A DNA stretch of 62,245 nucleotides, counting the filler, from Malassezia furfur (Eukaryota): assembly GCA_052055015.1 (NCBI GenBank). It is 3 parts of 3 records of this genome, joined end to end, with 100 filler letters (N's around TTAATTAATTAA, not from the genome) between each part and the next. Parts side by side here need not be neighbours in the genome. Positions count along the whole stretch, not along the records: positions 20,977 to 41,699 come from JBQJIT010000175.1; 2 more parts are not named here. One strand, given 5' to 3'. The translations under genes and the position numbers were made by a program. Each line of letters starts with the position of its first letter. The first letter of the stretch is position 1. The notes under the pieces are model-generated. The model made no database searches and had not been told where the DNA came from. It saw only the letters and a list, made by a program, of their open reading frames with translations. Positions 24,234 to 35,667 of the stretch are shown one piece after another.

Positions 24234-25871
24234 ATGTCGCTGCTCGGCTCGAACACGCAACGCGTCAACGTGTACGGCCGGCGCGCCAAGACGCGCGTCG
24301 TTCCGTGCGACATCGAACAGGACACTGAGCAGGTTGCGCCACCCCCACCCCCCAAGCCAACCGGCTGGGGCTTTTTTTCTGGTCTCGATATGCGTGCGGT
24401 CATCGACAGCCCCCGCAAGGTTCTTGCGCACTGGACGCCAAAGCGCGGCGCGGCATCCGCAGCGCGCAGTGGTACCGAGGCCAAGACACCAAACAAAGTA
24501 GCGCCGCCGCCGGAATCGCCGTGCGCACACCGCGCGGCGCTCGCCCCGCGCGACAATACCGCGCCGCGTCCAGTGTCGCCGACGCCGCGTCCAGCGTCGC
24601 CTGCGCTCACCACGGCACTCGAGCAGCTGACGCTTGATGATGCCCACGATGATATGGCACAGCTCTTGGCTGCAACACACCAGGAGGCGTCGCATCCGTT
24701 TGACGAGTGCATTGCGTCGCTCGTCGCGCAGGGCAGCGTCGTCAAAGTCGGCGAGGCGAGCTACTCGGAGGTATACCGGATTACGCGACCACTGGGGAGC
24801 GCCAAGGGGCGACCTGCGGTCTCGGTCATGAAAGTCATCCCACTCGAGGGCGACGCCGTCGTGCCCGGGCCGGCACAGTCGCCGGTCGCGAGCGTCGCGC
24901 GCGAAATCCGACTCACCTCGGCGCTGTCGCCGACGTCGCCCGAGGGGGCCCAGTTTGTGCGTCTGCAAGAGGCCTACGTCGTGCATGGAACCTACCCACA
25001 ACGCCTACTCAACGCATGGGATGCGTTCAAGCAGCGCGATGCACGCAGCGAGAACCCTCGGCCCCATGTGCTACCGCCGTCGCAGCGGTACGCCTTGTTG
25101 TGCATGGACGACGCCGGAACAGAGCTAGAGCACACGCCGCTCGCATCGTGGGCGCAGCGCGCAGCCGTTTTCTGGCAAGTCGCCTATGCAGTCGCGCGTG
25201 TCGAGGCCAGTGCGGCGTTTGAGCACCGCGATTTGCACCTCGGCAACATCCTCGTGACGCGGACGCCGACGCGGCGCACGACACGATCCATGTCGGGCGC
25301 CCAAGCGAGTGTGGTGCCAGAAGCGCTACCGGCATCGCTCTGGAAGGCGTACGAGCCACGCACCGCGCATATCCAAGCGACGATCATCGACTACTCGTTG
25401 TCGCGCATGACGATCGACGGTACGGTGCATGCGTACGATTTTGCAGACACGACGCTGTTCGAGGGACAGGGCGACTCGCAGTACGACGTATACCGCACGA
25501 TGCGCTCGCTCGTTGCCGGTGATTGGCAAGCCTTCCATGCGAGCACCAACGTGCTTTGGCTGCAGTTTGTTGCGCAGCGGCTATTGGCCGCCGATGTGCC
25601 GCCGAGCGACAATGACGCCGCCGAGGAAGCGGCCTATACCAGTCTGCTGTTGGCCGAGCAGGTCGCTGAGGACGCCATCGAGCAGCTGCGTCGCGCTGCG
25701 CCGCAACGCAGCATCTCGACGCGGTCCAAGCGGCGCTCAATCCAGCGCAGCCCCGACGCGTGGAAGATGCGGCGCGCGCCGCATGCGCCGCCCGTCACGT
25801 CCGCGGCCGAGCTCGTGTGCGCCACCGCTGAGCTGCTCGACGGCGAGCGAGGCGCTGCAGGTAGTGTGTAG
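24234..25871 (+). CDS. Haspin-family atypical Ser/Thr kinase (histone H3T3 kinase, Hrk1/Alk1-like)
   Basis: KVGEASYSEVY, FEHRDLHLGNIL, IIDYSLSR, LFEGQGDSQYDVYR, WQAFHASTNVLWL. Confidence 0.92.
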   Translation: MSLLGSNTQRVNVYGRRAKTRVVPCDIEQDTEQVAPPPPPKPTGWGFFSGLDMRAVIDSPRKVLAHWTPKRGAASAARSGTEAKTPNKVAPPPESPCAHRAALAPRDNTAPRPVSPTPRPASPALTTALEQLTLDDAHDDMAQLLAATHQEASHPFDECIASLVAQGSVVKVGEASYSEVYRITRPLGSAKGRPAVSVMKVIPLEGDAVVPGPAQSPVASVAREIRLTSALSPTSPEGAQFVRLQEAYVVHGTYPQRLLNAWDAFKQRDARSENPRPHVLPPSQRYALLCMDDAGTELEHTPLASWAQRAAVFWQVAYAVARVEASAAFEHRDLHLGNILVTRTPTRRTTRSMSGAQASVVPEALPASLWKAYEPRTAHIQATIIDYSLSRMTIDGTVHAYDFADTTLFEGQGDSQYDVYRTMRSLVAGDWQAFHASTNVLWLQFVAQRLLAADVPPSDNDAAEEAAYTSLLLAEQVAEDAIEQLRRAAPQRSISTRSKRRSIQRSPDAWKMRRAPHAPPVTSAAELVCATAELLDGERGAAGSV

Positions 25872-26021
25872 CTGGGACAGGCGACGATACGCGGGGGAGC
25901 CGGCGGCAGCGGGCCGCACGCCGGGACGTGCCCCGCATCGCCCGGCAAACAAACCCCGCGGCGCGGGGTCGGTATGTGGAGAACTTCTTCGTCCACCGCC
26001 GCCTTATCCCTGCGACTTGCG

Positions 26022-26938
26022 ATGGATGGGGCCCCGGGCTACGGCGTTACGACGTTCGCGCAGCATGCGGGCGCGTCGCTGCCCCCTGCCCCTGGTCCAT
26101 ATGAGGGTACGTGGCGCGTGCTCATCCAGAATTCTCGATCCCGATGGATGCGCCGCTGACGATGGACGAATCGGCGGTCGCCGACTTGTCGAGGATGCTG
26201 CGCATGCACGCGAGTGGGAGCCCGCTGCGCTCGCACGGCTCGCCAATCCGCAACGTCTATGAAGAGATGAATCTACGAAATGTGCCGCGCACGCCCGAGG
26301 CTAGCACGCCCCTATTTACCGAGAACGAGACATCGCTCCTGTCGCAGTTCCTGTCGAACATTGAGCAGGGGCTCGCGCAGCCGCCGCCGCCCAACGGGGA
26401 TGTGCCGCACGCATCGACATCCGGGGCGCCACCTACGCACTCGCCAACGCCACCCACGAAGGAAGAGGCGCGCTCCGCGTCGCCTGCCGAGGGCGAAGGG
26501 CCGGCACCCAAGCGGCGGCGGCACATTGTCTCGGAGCAGCGGCGGCGCAACCAGATCCGGCACGGCTTCACGCAGCTCTCCGAGCTGCTCGACAGTGGGC
26601 GGCAATTAGGAGCGCGTGCGCTGGGCCTCAACGCCGGCGCAGGCACAGGCGTTGAGGACGAGGATTTGGACGACCGCACCGACAACGAAGAGGACCTCTC
26701 GCTGATCCTCGACGAGGAAGAGGCGCAGCGGCGGCGGCGGAATGCGCAGCGGCGTGCACGTTCGCGTGCGGTAGCCGGAAAGCAGGTGCGCGGGCGCGGA
26801 CGCGGGCGCGGCGGGAGCGCCGGCGGGTCGGGGAGCAAGAGTGCGGTGCTGTTCCAGGTGATTGACCTGCTGCATTGGCTCGATGCGCGGAATGCGGCGC
26901 TGCGTGCCGAGCTGGACGAGATGCGCCGTATTGTGTAG
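26022..26938 (+). CDS. bHLH transcription factor, Ino4/Mlx-like, with a long loop insertion; 1 intron
   Basis: RRRHIVSEQRRRNQIRHGFTQLSELL…SKSAVLFQVIDLLHWL followed by a short zipper-like tail. Confidence 0.8.
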
Positions 26939-26972
26939 ATCCGTGTTCTGTATATACCCCTAGTTGTACACG

Positions 26973-29900
26973 CTATGAGCGTTCGGTGAGCGGCTCGTAT
27001 TGCCCGCGGTCGGAGCTGCGCCGCGCGACAGCGTCCCAGAGCTGGGTGACGAGGCGCGGCATGGCCGGGGTGTCGAGGCTGTGTTCGCGCTCGACCGACG
27101 CAAGGAAGCGGGGGTGTGTACTGATTGAGTTGCGCACGCGGTGCACCTCGGGGTCAGAGGTGGCCGGGGAGGTAAACTCGTCGTCGTCCTCGCCACCGAG
27201 GTGCTGGGGCACGGGCGCCACTGCGTCGCCAAAGATGGCGTCCATCTCCTCCAGCGGCACGCCCTGGGTCTCGGGGTAGCAGTAGTACACCACGACAAAC
27301 GAGCAGAGGCAGAAGAAGGCATGCAGGATGTACAGGCGCCACTCGATCGTCTCCTGGAGCACCGGGGTGAGCTGCCCGACGATCCAGTTGAAGACCCAGT
27401 TGGTGGCCGCGCTGAGCGACGCGCCCTTGGCGCGGAACGCGAGCGGCATGATCTCCGGGGTCCATGCCCAGGGGATCGGCCCCCATGAGTAGCCGAACGC
27501 CGCGTTGAACAGCACGACGCACACGACGACCGCCTGGGGCGTGTACGGCTTCGCCGCGCGCAAAAACATGCCGCACAAGCCGAGCATCAGCGCACACAGC
27601 AGCGCGCCCGAGAGCAGGATCGGGCGGCGTCCCCAGGAGTCCACGAGGAACCACGTCGGGACGGTGGACAGGACGTAGACGATGGCGTTGAGGCCGGTCA
27701 TCAGCAGCGCGTTGCGGCCGATCCACCCCGCGCTCTCAAACACGAGCGGGGCATAGTACGAGATGACGTTGATGCCGTTCAGCTGCGCAAACATCTGCGA
27801 GGACATGCCGATCAGCGTGCGCTTGCGCAGGCGGCGCCACATGGCGCCGTACGAGCGGTCGCCCTCCTCGCGCATCTGGAGCACGCTCTGGCGGATCTCC
27901 CAGTACTCGAGCTTGGCGCGCACGTTGCGCGGGTCGCCCGAGTTGTGCAGGTCGGTGAGCACGAGCATCGCCTCCTCGCTGCGGTCCTGGTCGAGCAGCC
28001 ACCGCGGGCTCTCGGGCAGGAGCACCGAGCCGAAGGCCAGCGTCAGGCCGATCACGGGTTGGACGAGCAGGGGCGCGCGCCACGCCGCGTTGCCGCGCAG
28101 GAAGCTGCACAGGTAGTCGAACCACACGCTGCCCATGTAGCCCACAATGTTGCCCGTGAACTCGATGCAGGCGAGCTTGCCGCGGTTCTCGGCGGGGGAA
28201 ACCTCGGACTGGTACGTGGGCACAATCATGCTCAAGAAGCCCACGCCAAAGCCCGAGATGACGCGCCCGACCACCATCGACATGTACCCGCGCGCGAAGG
28301 TCTGGATCGTGCCGCCCAGCGAGAAGACCAGCGCGCCCCACACAAGCACCTGCTTGCGCCCGTAGCGGTCCGCGAGCACGCCGCTGAGCAGCGAGGTGAT
28401 CAGCGCACCAATCTCGAGGATCGCGACCATGGTGCCGATCTGCGACGCGGTGGGGTGCGCAAAGTAGGTGAGGAACGCGGGTTGCGTCAGAATGCCGCTC
28501 ATCACGCCCTGGTCGTAGCCAAACAGAAACACGCCGAGACTCGCAAAGCACGTCACAAACAGCATCAGCGCACTCCCGCGGATGCCCGCGCGCGACAGCG
28601 GGTTGGTGCTCGCATCCAGCTCCACGGGCGGCGGGCGGATGCCCTGGATCGACGTGCGCGACACGCCGTACGGCAGCGACAGCGAGCGGCGCACCGGCTC
28701 GACGGGCGGCGGCGACATGGCGGGCGCTTCCTGCGCACTCGTCGGGACTTGGAGCGGCATGGCCGCCGGCGTGCTGCCGCTCATGTGCGACGTCGACGTC
28801 GAGGCGCGCGGCGCGTCGCTCCACGCCTCGAGCGGGTCGACGCGCATCTTGAGGTCGGGTGTCTCGAGCGTCGAGCGCGTTTCAATGTGCACGTCGTCGT
28901 CCTTGTCGACCTCCGCGGGGCGCGGCGTCGCATGCCCGTCCGACTGCCAGCGCCGCGGCGCGCCGCTCGTAAACAGCGCCAGGGCCGACTGCGTGTCGTC
29001 CGCGTCCAAGTCCCGCGCGCGCGCGCGCTCGGCGATCTCGGCCTTCTCGGCGCGCAGGCGGTCGGCCTCGCGGATGCCCCACGAGTGCCGGAAGATGTAG
29101 TGCACCTCTTCGAGCGACAGCTGGCGCGTGTCGGGGAAGCCAAAGATACACAGCACCGCGCCGAGCGCACAGAGCCCGGCATAGAAACCAAATGCGCCCG
29201 ACGGCGTGATGGCGTTGCTCAGCGACAGGTAGGTTGCGTTGATCAGCAAATTGCACCCCCAGTTGGTCGCCGTCGCGATGCTCGTGGCAATCGCGCGCGT
29301 CTCGATCGAGAACAGCTCGCCCTGCTGCCACGGCACGTTGCCGAGGCCCAGCGCATAGAAGAGCACGTAGATGATGAAGGACACGATCAGCAAATCGGCC
29401 CATACGTGGTTGATCGGCATGTCGGGCGTGATCTTGGACGGGGTGCCAGGCACCACGTAGTAGAAGCAGATGCTCGAAAACACCAGCGCGGCGCTCATCA
29501 CCGGCACCGTGTAGATGATCGCGCGCCGCCGCCCGACAATGTCGATGAACCAAAACGCGATGAGCGTGCCGAGGAAGTTGGTCACACTCACCACCATCGA
29601 CACGGCCACCGGGCTCTTCAGACCGACGCTCTCAAAAATCGTCGCACTGTAGTACATCAGCGTGTTGAAGCCGGACAGCTGCTGCAGTGCCTGCAGCCCC
29701 GCGGCGATCGCCAGCGCACGCGCGTTCGGGCCGGTGAGCAGCAGGCGCACGCGCGTGCGCAGCGAGTGCTGATGCACGCCGTTGGCGTCCGCGGGGCCCT
29801 CTTGCACGCTGCGACACACCTCCTCGGCGCGCATGCGGCAGTACTCTTCGCTCGCGTCGGGGAAGATGCGCTGGAAGGTGCGCGTGACCTTGTCGACGCG

Positions 29901-30666
29901 CCCTTTGCGCCCGTCGAACCGCGGCGATTCGGGCAGCCACGACATGCTGATCAGCGACACAATCGCGGGGATCGCACCGCCAGCCACCGTGTATCGCCAG
30001 CCACCGTGGACATCGACAAAGCCAGCGCCGACACCGTTCGCAATCACCTGACCGAGCGTCAGGAAGGCCACGTTGAGCGTCACCAGGCGCCCACGCAGGT
30101 GCGTTGGCGCCAGCTCGCCGATCCACACAGGCACAATCATGCTCGCGACGCCCACGCCGATACCCACAATGAAGCGCCCGGCGATGAGCGTCCCGATGTT
30201 GTGCGCGGCCGCCTGGACGACCGCGCCCACAATAAACACAATGTTGGCGATCGCAATCACAACTTTGCGCCCAAACCAGTCTGAGGGAAACCCGGCAAAC
30301 AGCGCGCCAATGAGCGCGCCGAGCGACGTCGAGGAGGTCGCCATCTCCTTTTGCCAGTCAGTCAGGGGATGGCCCAGGTCGGAGCCGACGCTGACCAGCA
30401 CGGACGAACTGCGTCAGTGAAGCACACACGCACATGTAGCCCGTGTCGTAACCAAACAGCGAGCCAGACAGGCCCGCACACACGGTGAGCATCCACAGCG
30501 TCCACCCGGCGCGCTCCATGCCGCTCCGCATGAGCGCCACAGACTTGGGCGACACACCCAGCTCCGTCGTGATGAACGTTGGACTCGGCGGCTTGTCGCG
30601 CACCGCGTCCTCAGGCACATGGGACGTGAGCGTGTCCATCGCGATCGGCGGCTCACGGAAGACCAT
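26973..30666 (-). CDS. Tandem double MFS sugar porter: N-terminal myo-inositol transporter (Itr1-like) plus a C-terminal second sugar-porter domain; intron 30409-30433
   Basis: Domain 1: LFGYDTG, DWFGRK, ELAPTHLRG, PESPR, QQLSGFNTLMYY, GLGNVPWQQGELF. Domain 2: LFGYDQG, DRYGRK, EVSPAENRG, PESPRWL, QLNGINVISYY, WGPIPW, PETQG. No stop codon between the two. Confidence 0.85.
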
Positions 30667-30780
30667 CGCCAGCGCCCCGAACCGTCGTGTGGAGATACGT
30701 GCGCGACACGGATCGGCCGAACCCTGGCGTGCTGCACCGGCACGCGCGCCGCGTGGCTCCTCCGCATCCCTGTGGTTTGT

Positions 30781-33189
30781 CTACACACGCCAGCCGTCCA
30801 GGCCGCTATAGGACACGCCGGGCGTCGACGTCAGCTCGCCCATCGCCACGGCATCCTCACCGGCGTCGCGCAGCTGTGCAAGCACCGCGTCCGCCTTCGC
30901 CGCAGGCACCACCAGCACCATGCCGATGCCGTTGTTGAACGTGCGCGCCATCTCCTCCGGCGCAACGCCGCCCGCATGCTGCACCCATGGGAACAGCGGC
31001 GGGCGCTCCCACGCACCAAGGTCGATGTGCGCACCGAGGTGCTTGGGCAGCATGCGCGGCACGTTCTCGGTAAAGCCACCGCCGGTGATGTGCGCAAGGC
31101 CCAGCACGTCGTGGTCCGTAGCACGCAGCATAAACGACAGCGGCTTCACATAGATGCGCGTCGGCGCAAGCAGCGCATCGCCGAGCGTCGCAGGCGTCTC
31201 AACGCCGGCCACCACCGAGCCAGGCGCGCCCCACGGCGGCGGCGCATCGAGCGACGCCTGCGCCCGCGCGACGCACTTGCGCAGCAGCGAGTAGCCGTTC
31301 GAGTGCGCGCCGCTGCTGCGCAGACCGAGCAGCTTGTCGCCTGCCTGCATCGCGTCGGTGCGCGGCAGGATCGCCGACCGCTCCACAGCACCGACCGCGA
31401 AGCCCGCGACGTCGTACTCGTCGCCGACGTACATGCCGGGCATCTCGGCGGTCTCGCCGCCAATCAGCGCACTCTCCGCCTGGCGGCAGCCCTCGGCAAC
31501 GCCCGAGATTACCTGCGCGGCGGTGTCGACGTCCAGCTTCGAACACGCAATGTAGTCGAGGAAGTAGAGCGGCTGCGCGCCTTGCACAACCAGGTCGTTG
31601 ACCGACATCGCCACAAGGTCGATGCCGATCGTGTCGTGCTTGCCGTAGTCGAGCGCGACGCGCAGCTTGGTGCCGACACCGTCCGTGCCGCTCACCAGCA
31701 CCGGATCGCGGTACTGAAGCGCGGCCAGGTCAAACACGCCGCCAAAGCCGCCGAGATGGCCCATGCACCCGGTGCGCTGCGTGCTCTTGGCCATCGGCTT
31801 GATGCGCTCCACCAGCGCATTGCCGGCGTCGATGTCGACGCCCGCCGCGGCGTACGTCAGGCCAGCGTCACGCTGCTGCTTCGCGGCAGCCAGCGCACGG
31901 TGCGCAATGTCGCGGCGGTACACCATCCCGTCAAAGTGCACACACCGCACGCCGTCGTACGCATGCTCCAGCGCCTCCTCGAGCGTCGCACCCGTCGCGC
32001 TCACCACGACGACACGCCCGCCCGCGGTGACAAGCTGGTCATTCTCGAGGCGCGTCCCGGCATGATACACGGTGACACCCTTGGGCAAAGCGTCGACCGT
32101 CATCGGCACGCCCGTCGCATACTTGCCGGGGTAGCCGCCGCTTGCGATCACGACGCTGACGGCGTAGCCGGGCAGGATGGAGAATTCGGCACAGTCCAAG
32201 CGGCGCTCCACGCACGCCATGAGGATGTCGGCGAGCGCGCCCGCCGGCTGGAGCAGTTCCAGCACCGCCTCGGTCTCGGGGTCACCAAAACGCACATTGT
32301 ACTCGAGCACCTTGGGGCCCTTGGAAGTGAGCATCAGGCCGACAAACAGCATGCCCACGAACGGATAGCCGTCCTTGCGCATGCCGGCGATCGTCGGAAG
32401 CAGCACCTCGTTGCGGATGCGCTCCTCCATGCCAGGCGCCGTGCCATCGGGCGTCGGGCAGTAGGCACCCATCCCGCCCGTGTTGAGGCCCGTATCGCCC
32501 TCGCCGATGCGTTTGTGGTCCTGGCATCCAGGCAGCGCACGCACGGTGTACCCGTCCGAGAACGCCAGCACGGACAGCTCGGAGCCGTCGAGACGCTCCT
32601 CAATGACGAGTGCATCGCCCGCATCGCCAAACACCTTCTTCACCAAAAGGTCCTCGACGCCCTCCTTGGCCTCCTCCTCGGTTTCGGGCAGAAGAACACC
32701 TTTGCCGCCCGCCAGGCCGCTCGCCTTGAGCACGACACTCTTGGCGCCGCCAAGCTCAGCAATGTAGCGCATGCATTCATCCACCTGCGATGCGGTGAAC
32801 GACCGGAACGCGGCCGTGGGGATGTTATGCCGATCCATAAACTCCTTGGCAAACTTCTTCGAGCCCTCCATCTGCGCCGCGACAGGCGATGGGCCGAACA
32901 CGGGGATGCCCACCTTGCGGAAAGCAAGCTCCACACCCTCAACCAGCGGCGCCTCGGGGCCGGGCACCACCAGGTTCACATTGTGCTCGACTGCCCACTG
33001 CGCAATCGCACCAAAGTCGCCGGACGCTTTCGGCGACGTGACGTTCGAGCAGCGGTCGCCCATCACGGCAGTGCCGCCGTTGCCGGGCGCAACATACACA
33101 TGCTCCACGCGATCGGAACGCAGCAGGTGTAGTGCCAGCGCATGCTCGCGGCCACCGGCGCCGAGAATGAGAGCACGGAGGGACGACAT
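30781..33189 (-). CDS. ADE5,7: Bifunctional GAR synthetase / AIR synthetase
   Basis: [78 protein letters not shown]. Confidence 0.97.
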   Translation of the reverse strand: MSSLRALILGAGGREHALALHLLRSDRVEHVYVAPGNGGTAVMGDRCSNVTSPKASGDFGAIAQWAVEHNVNLVVPGPEAPLVEGVELAFRKVGIPVFGPSPVAAQMEGSKKFAKEFMDRHNIPTAAFRSFTASQVDECMRYIAELGGAKSVVLKASGLAGGKGVLLPETEEEAKEGVEDLLVKKVFGDAGDALVIEERLDGSELSVLAFSDGYTVRALPGCQDHKRIGEGDTGLNTGGMGAYCPTPDGTAPGMEERIRNEVLLPTIAGMRKDGYPFVGMLFVGLMLTSKGPKVLEYNVRFGDPETEAVLELLQPAGALADILMACVERRLDCAEFSILPGYAVSVVIASGGYPGKYATGVPMTVDALPKGVTVYHAGTRLENDQLVTAGGRVVVVSATGATLEEALEHAYDGVRCVHFDGMVYRRDIAHRALAAAKQQRDAGLTYAAAGVDIDAGNALVERIKPMAKSTQRTGCMGHLGGFGGVFDLAALQYRDPVLVSGTDGVGTKLRVALDYGKHDTIGIDLVAMSVNDLVVQGAQPLYFLDYIACSKLDVDTAAQVISGVAEGCRQAESALIGGETAEMPGMYVGDEYDVAGFAVGAVERSAILPRTDAMQAGDKLLGLRSSGAHSNGYSLLRKCVARAQASLDAPPPWGAPGSVVAGVETPATLGDALLAPTRIYVKPLSFMLRATDHDVLGLAHITGGGFTENVPRMLPKHLGAHIDLGAWERPPLFPWVQHAGGVAPEEMARTFNNGIGMVLVVPAAKADAVLAQLRDAGEDAVAMGELTSTPGVSYSGLDGWRV

Positions 33190-33226
33190 CGTAGCAGCAG
33201 GCCGTGCATCCGCGGCGCCGATGCGC

Positions 33227-33233
33227 TGACTCA
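33227..33233. promoter_or_regulatory. TGACTCA (Gcn4/AP-1/Bas1-type element) in the ADE5,7-RRB1 divergent promoter, next to a poly(T) tract
   Basis: Exact motif about 40 nt upstream of the ADE5,7 ATG. Confidence 0.45.
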
Positions 33234-33304
33234 GCCGTTTTTTTTTTGCCCGGCCGGAAGAAAAAGCGGAAAAGCGCCCGCAGCAGGCTCCTTGCCTTTG
33301 CACC

Positions 33305-34987
33305 ATGTCGAAGCGCGAGCTGGCCGAACCGGAGGAGCGGCCTGCGCGCAAGCAGGTCGAGAACGACGACGAGATGGGGGAGTTTGAAGACCCCTTTGAG
33401 GACGAGATTGAAAGTGATGAGGGCGAGGTCGTCGATGCGGCCGACGAAGACACCATGGACATCGACGGGCAGCCGCTCCACGGCAAGATCCAAGAGCTTG
33501 GTGACGACGAGGAGGAGGAGCCTGCACCGACCGAGGCGTACATGCCGGGCAGCAAGCCCCTGCCCGAGGGCCAGACGCTTGTGCCGGACCAGTCGGCATA
33601 CCACATGCTGCACCGCATGAACGTCACTTGGCCGTGCCTTTCGTTCGACTTCCTGCGCGACAACCTCGGCAACCAGCGCCAGGCGTTCCCGCACACTGCG
33701 TACCTGGTCACGGGTACGCAGGCGGACGTTGCGAAGAACAATGAGGTGCTCGTGATGAAGGCAAGCTCGATGCACCGTACGTCCAAAGACGATGGTACGT
33801 ACCCGAGCGACAGCGCCCGCGGCGGCGAGGATGCCTTGAGGCATTTGGCTGTATGAGCATTTGCTCGATGCCGAAAACAAACTCGCTACCTAACTTTTTA
33901 CCACTGAGCCTGCTGTGGACGCTGTCGCCTTGCGCGAAAGAACATGCTCACCACAGACCTGTCCGACGACGACGATGACGACGACGACGTGGATGAAGAC
34001 GCCGTCCTCGAGTACCGTACCATCCCCACACTTGGCGCGGTGAACCGCGTGCGCGCCGCACCGACGTCGACGCCGACCTCGGACCTCGAAGTGTGTCTTG
34101 ACCCATACCCGGTTGCCGTCTGGTCCGAGACGGGCAAAGTGCCCATCTTTGACGCGCGGCCGCTGTATAACGTGCTTCAGAACCCGGGCACGACGTTTGA
34201 CAAGAAGCGCGCACACACCCCCTTGTACACCGTCGAGGCGCACCGCGGCGTCGAGGGCTACGCGATGGACTGGGGCGGCTTGCTGGGCGGCGGCTCGAGC
34301 AGCAAGGGCGGCCACCTGCGCCTCGTCACCGGCGACATCCACAGCAAGATCTTCTTGACCACGAGCAACAACACGGGCTTTACCACGAACCCGCAGCCGT
34401 TCGAGAGCCACACGAGCAGCGTCGAGGATTTGCAGTGGAGTCCATCGGAGCCGACCGTGTTTGCGTCGTGCTCGGCGGACCGGAGCATCCGGATCTGGGA
34501 CGTGCGCGTCAAGTCGCGCCGCTCGGCACTCGCCATCGAGGACGCGCACGCGCAAGATGTCAATGTGATCAGCTGGAACCACGGCACGCAGTATCTGCTG
34601 CTGTCAGGCGGCGATGAAGGCGCGCTGAACGTGTGGGACATGCGCAACTTCCAGGCGAAACAAAAGGCGGCGCCTGTCGCGCACTTTGAGTGGCACCAGG
34701 GCCCGATCAGCTCGGTGGAGTGGAACCGCGACGAGGACAGCATCTTTGCGGCGAGTGGCCGCGACGACCAGGTGACGCTCTGGGACCTGGCCGTGGAGCG
34801 CGACGAAGACGAAGACGCGTCGCAACTGCCCAAGGGTCCGAACGGCGAGCCGGTGCCGAGCCAGCTGCTCTTCTGCCACCACGGCGCATCCGAGATCAAG
34901 GAGGTCCATTGGCACCCGCAGATCCCTGGCATGCTTGGCAGCACGAGCGCCGACGGCTTCCACTTCTTCAAGACGATCTCGGTGTAA
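33305..34987 (+). CDS. RRB1: Ribosome assembly WD40 protein Rrb1/GRWD1; 1 intron at 33795-33956
   Basis: DQSAYHMLH…[59 protein letters not shown]. Confidence 0.95.
33823..33912 (+). ncRNA. snR13: Intronic box C/D snoRNA, snR13/U15-like (guide for LSU rRNA 2'-O-methylation near yeast A2280/A2281)
   Basis: C-like box AGGATGC (33828), 13-nt guide GAGGCATTTGGCT (33838-33850) complementary to conserved LSU AGCCAAATGCCTC, a GCTACCT element, D box CTGA (33904-33907), and a flanking stem GCGACAGCG/CGCTGTCGC. Confidence 0.8.
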
Positions 34988-35021
34988 CTTAGCAATACCC
35001 ATTGAAACGCATGTAATGAAC

Positions 35022-35630
35022 CTATTTTCCACGATACGCCCATGCTTCGAGCGCATCGCGCAGCGCCTGCGGCATCGGCGCTTTTTGCAGCTTGTTGTAG
35101 TCGTACGTCACGGTGTCGTTCTCGCCGTCGGCGACCACCGCGCGCTGGTTCACCGAGTAGATCACCGAGCGCGTCTTAAAACGGTCGTTGCGCTCAAGCG
35201 GCATCTTCACCGCCGTGCCGATGAGCGCCATGTCGGGGTAGTTGAGCGGGCGACGGTAGCGGCAATAGTTGGTCGCGAGAATCACACCAATGTTGCGGCC
35301 CTGTTCGATGTCCTCGTACAGCGACTGCGGCAGGTTGCGCGAGAGCTGTTTAAACCAGTGCATGCGCCCGTTCTCGAGCCAACGGATGTAGTGCGCATTG
35401 TTCACATGGCGGAACTGGTCCACGTCTGCCCACGCGACTTGTTGGCGGTGAATGCCCTGTTCCGGGAAACCGAGCGCTGCAACGGCGCTCTCAGCCTCAC
35501 GGATCTCCTGCTCACGTCGCTCCTGCTCCGCACGAATCTCCTCCATGGGCGGGAGCGACTGTGCACTGTACATGCGCACCGCCTGTGCGGGCGGCGTTCG
35601 GGCCACAGCGCGGCGCAACAACGAAGTCAT
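35022..35630 (-). CDS. Mitochondrial 4HBT-like hotdog-fold acyl-CoA thioesterase
   Basis: Presequence MTSLLRRAVAR; VAWADVDQFRHVNNAHYIRWLENGR, YRRPLNYPD. Confidence 0.85.
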   Translation of the reverse strand: MTSLLRRAVARTPPAQAVRMYSAQSLPPMEEIRAEQERREQEIREAESAVAALGFPEQGIHRQQVAWADVDQFRHVNNAHYIRWLENGRMHWFKQLSRNLPQSLYEDIEQGRNIGVILATNYCRYRRPLNYPDMALIGTAVKMPLERNDRFKTRSVIYSVNQRAVVADGENDTVTYDYNKLQKAPMPQALRDALEAWAYRGK

Positions 35631-35667
35631 GGTCACAGGGTCGAGGAGCTGACTAACCGCTACCGAG

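Noticed and set aside
30619..33132. Very long antisense ORFs (also 27945-30284, 42332-44005, 45878-47212, 49123-52029)
   Set aside because: Shadow frames of strongly GC3-biased real genes, with no independent protein motifs
30781..33189. GARS-AIRS fusion as a novelty
   Set aside because: This is the standard fungal ADE5,7 architecture
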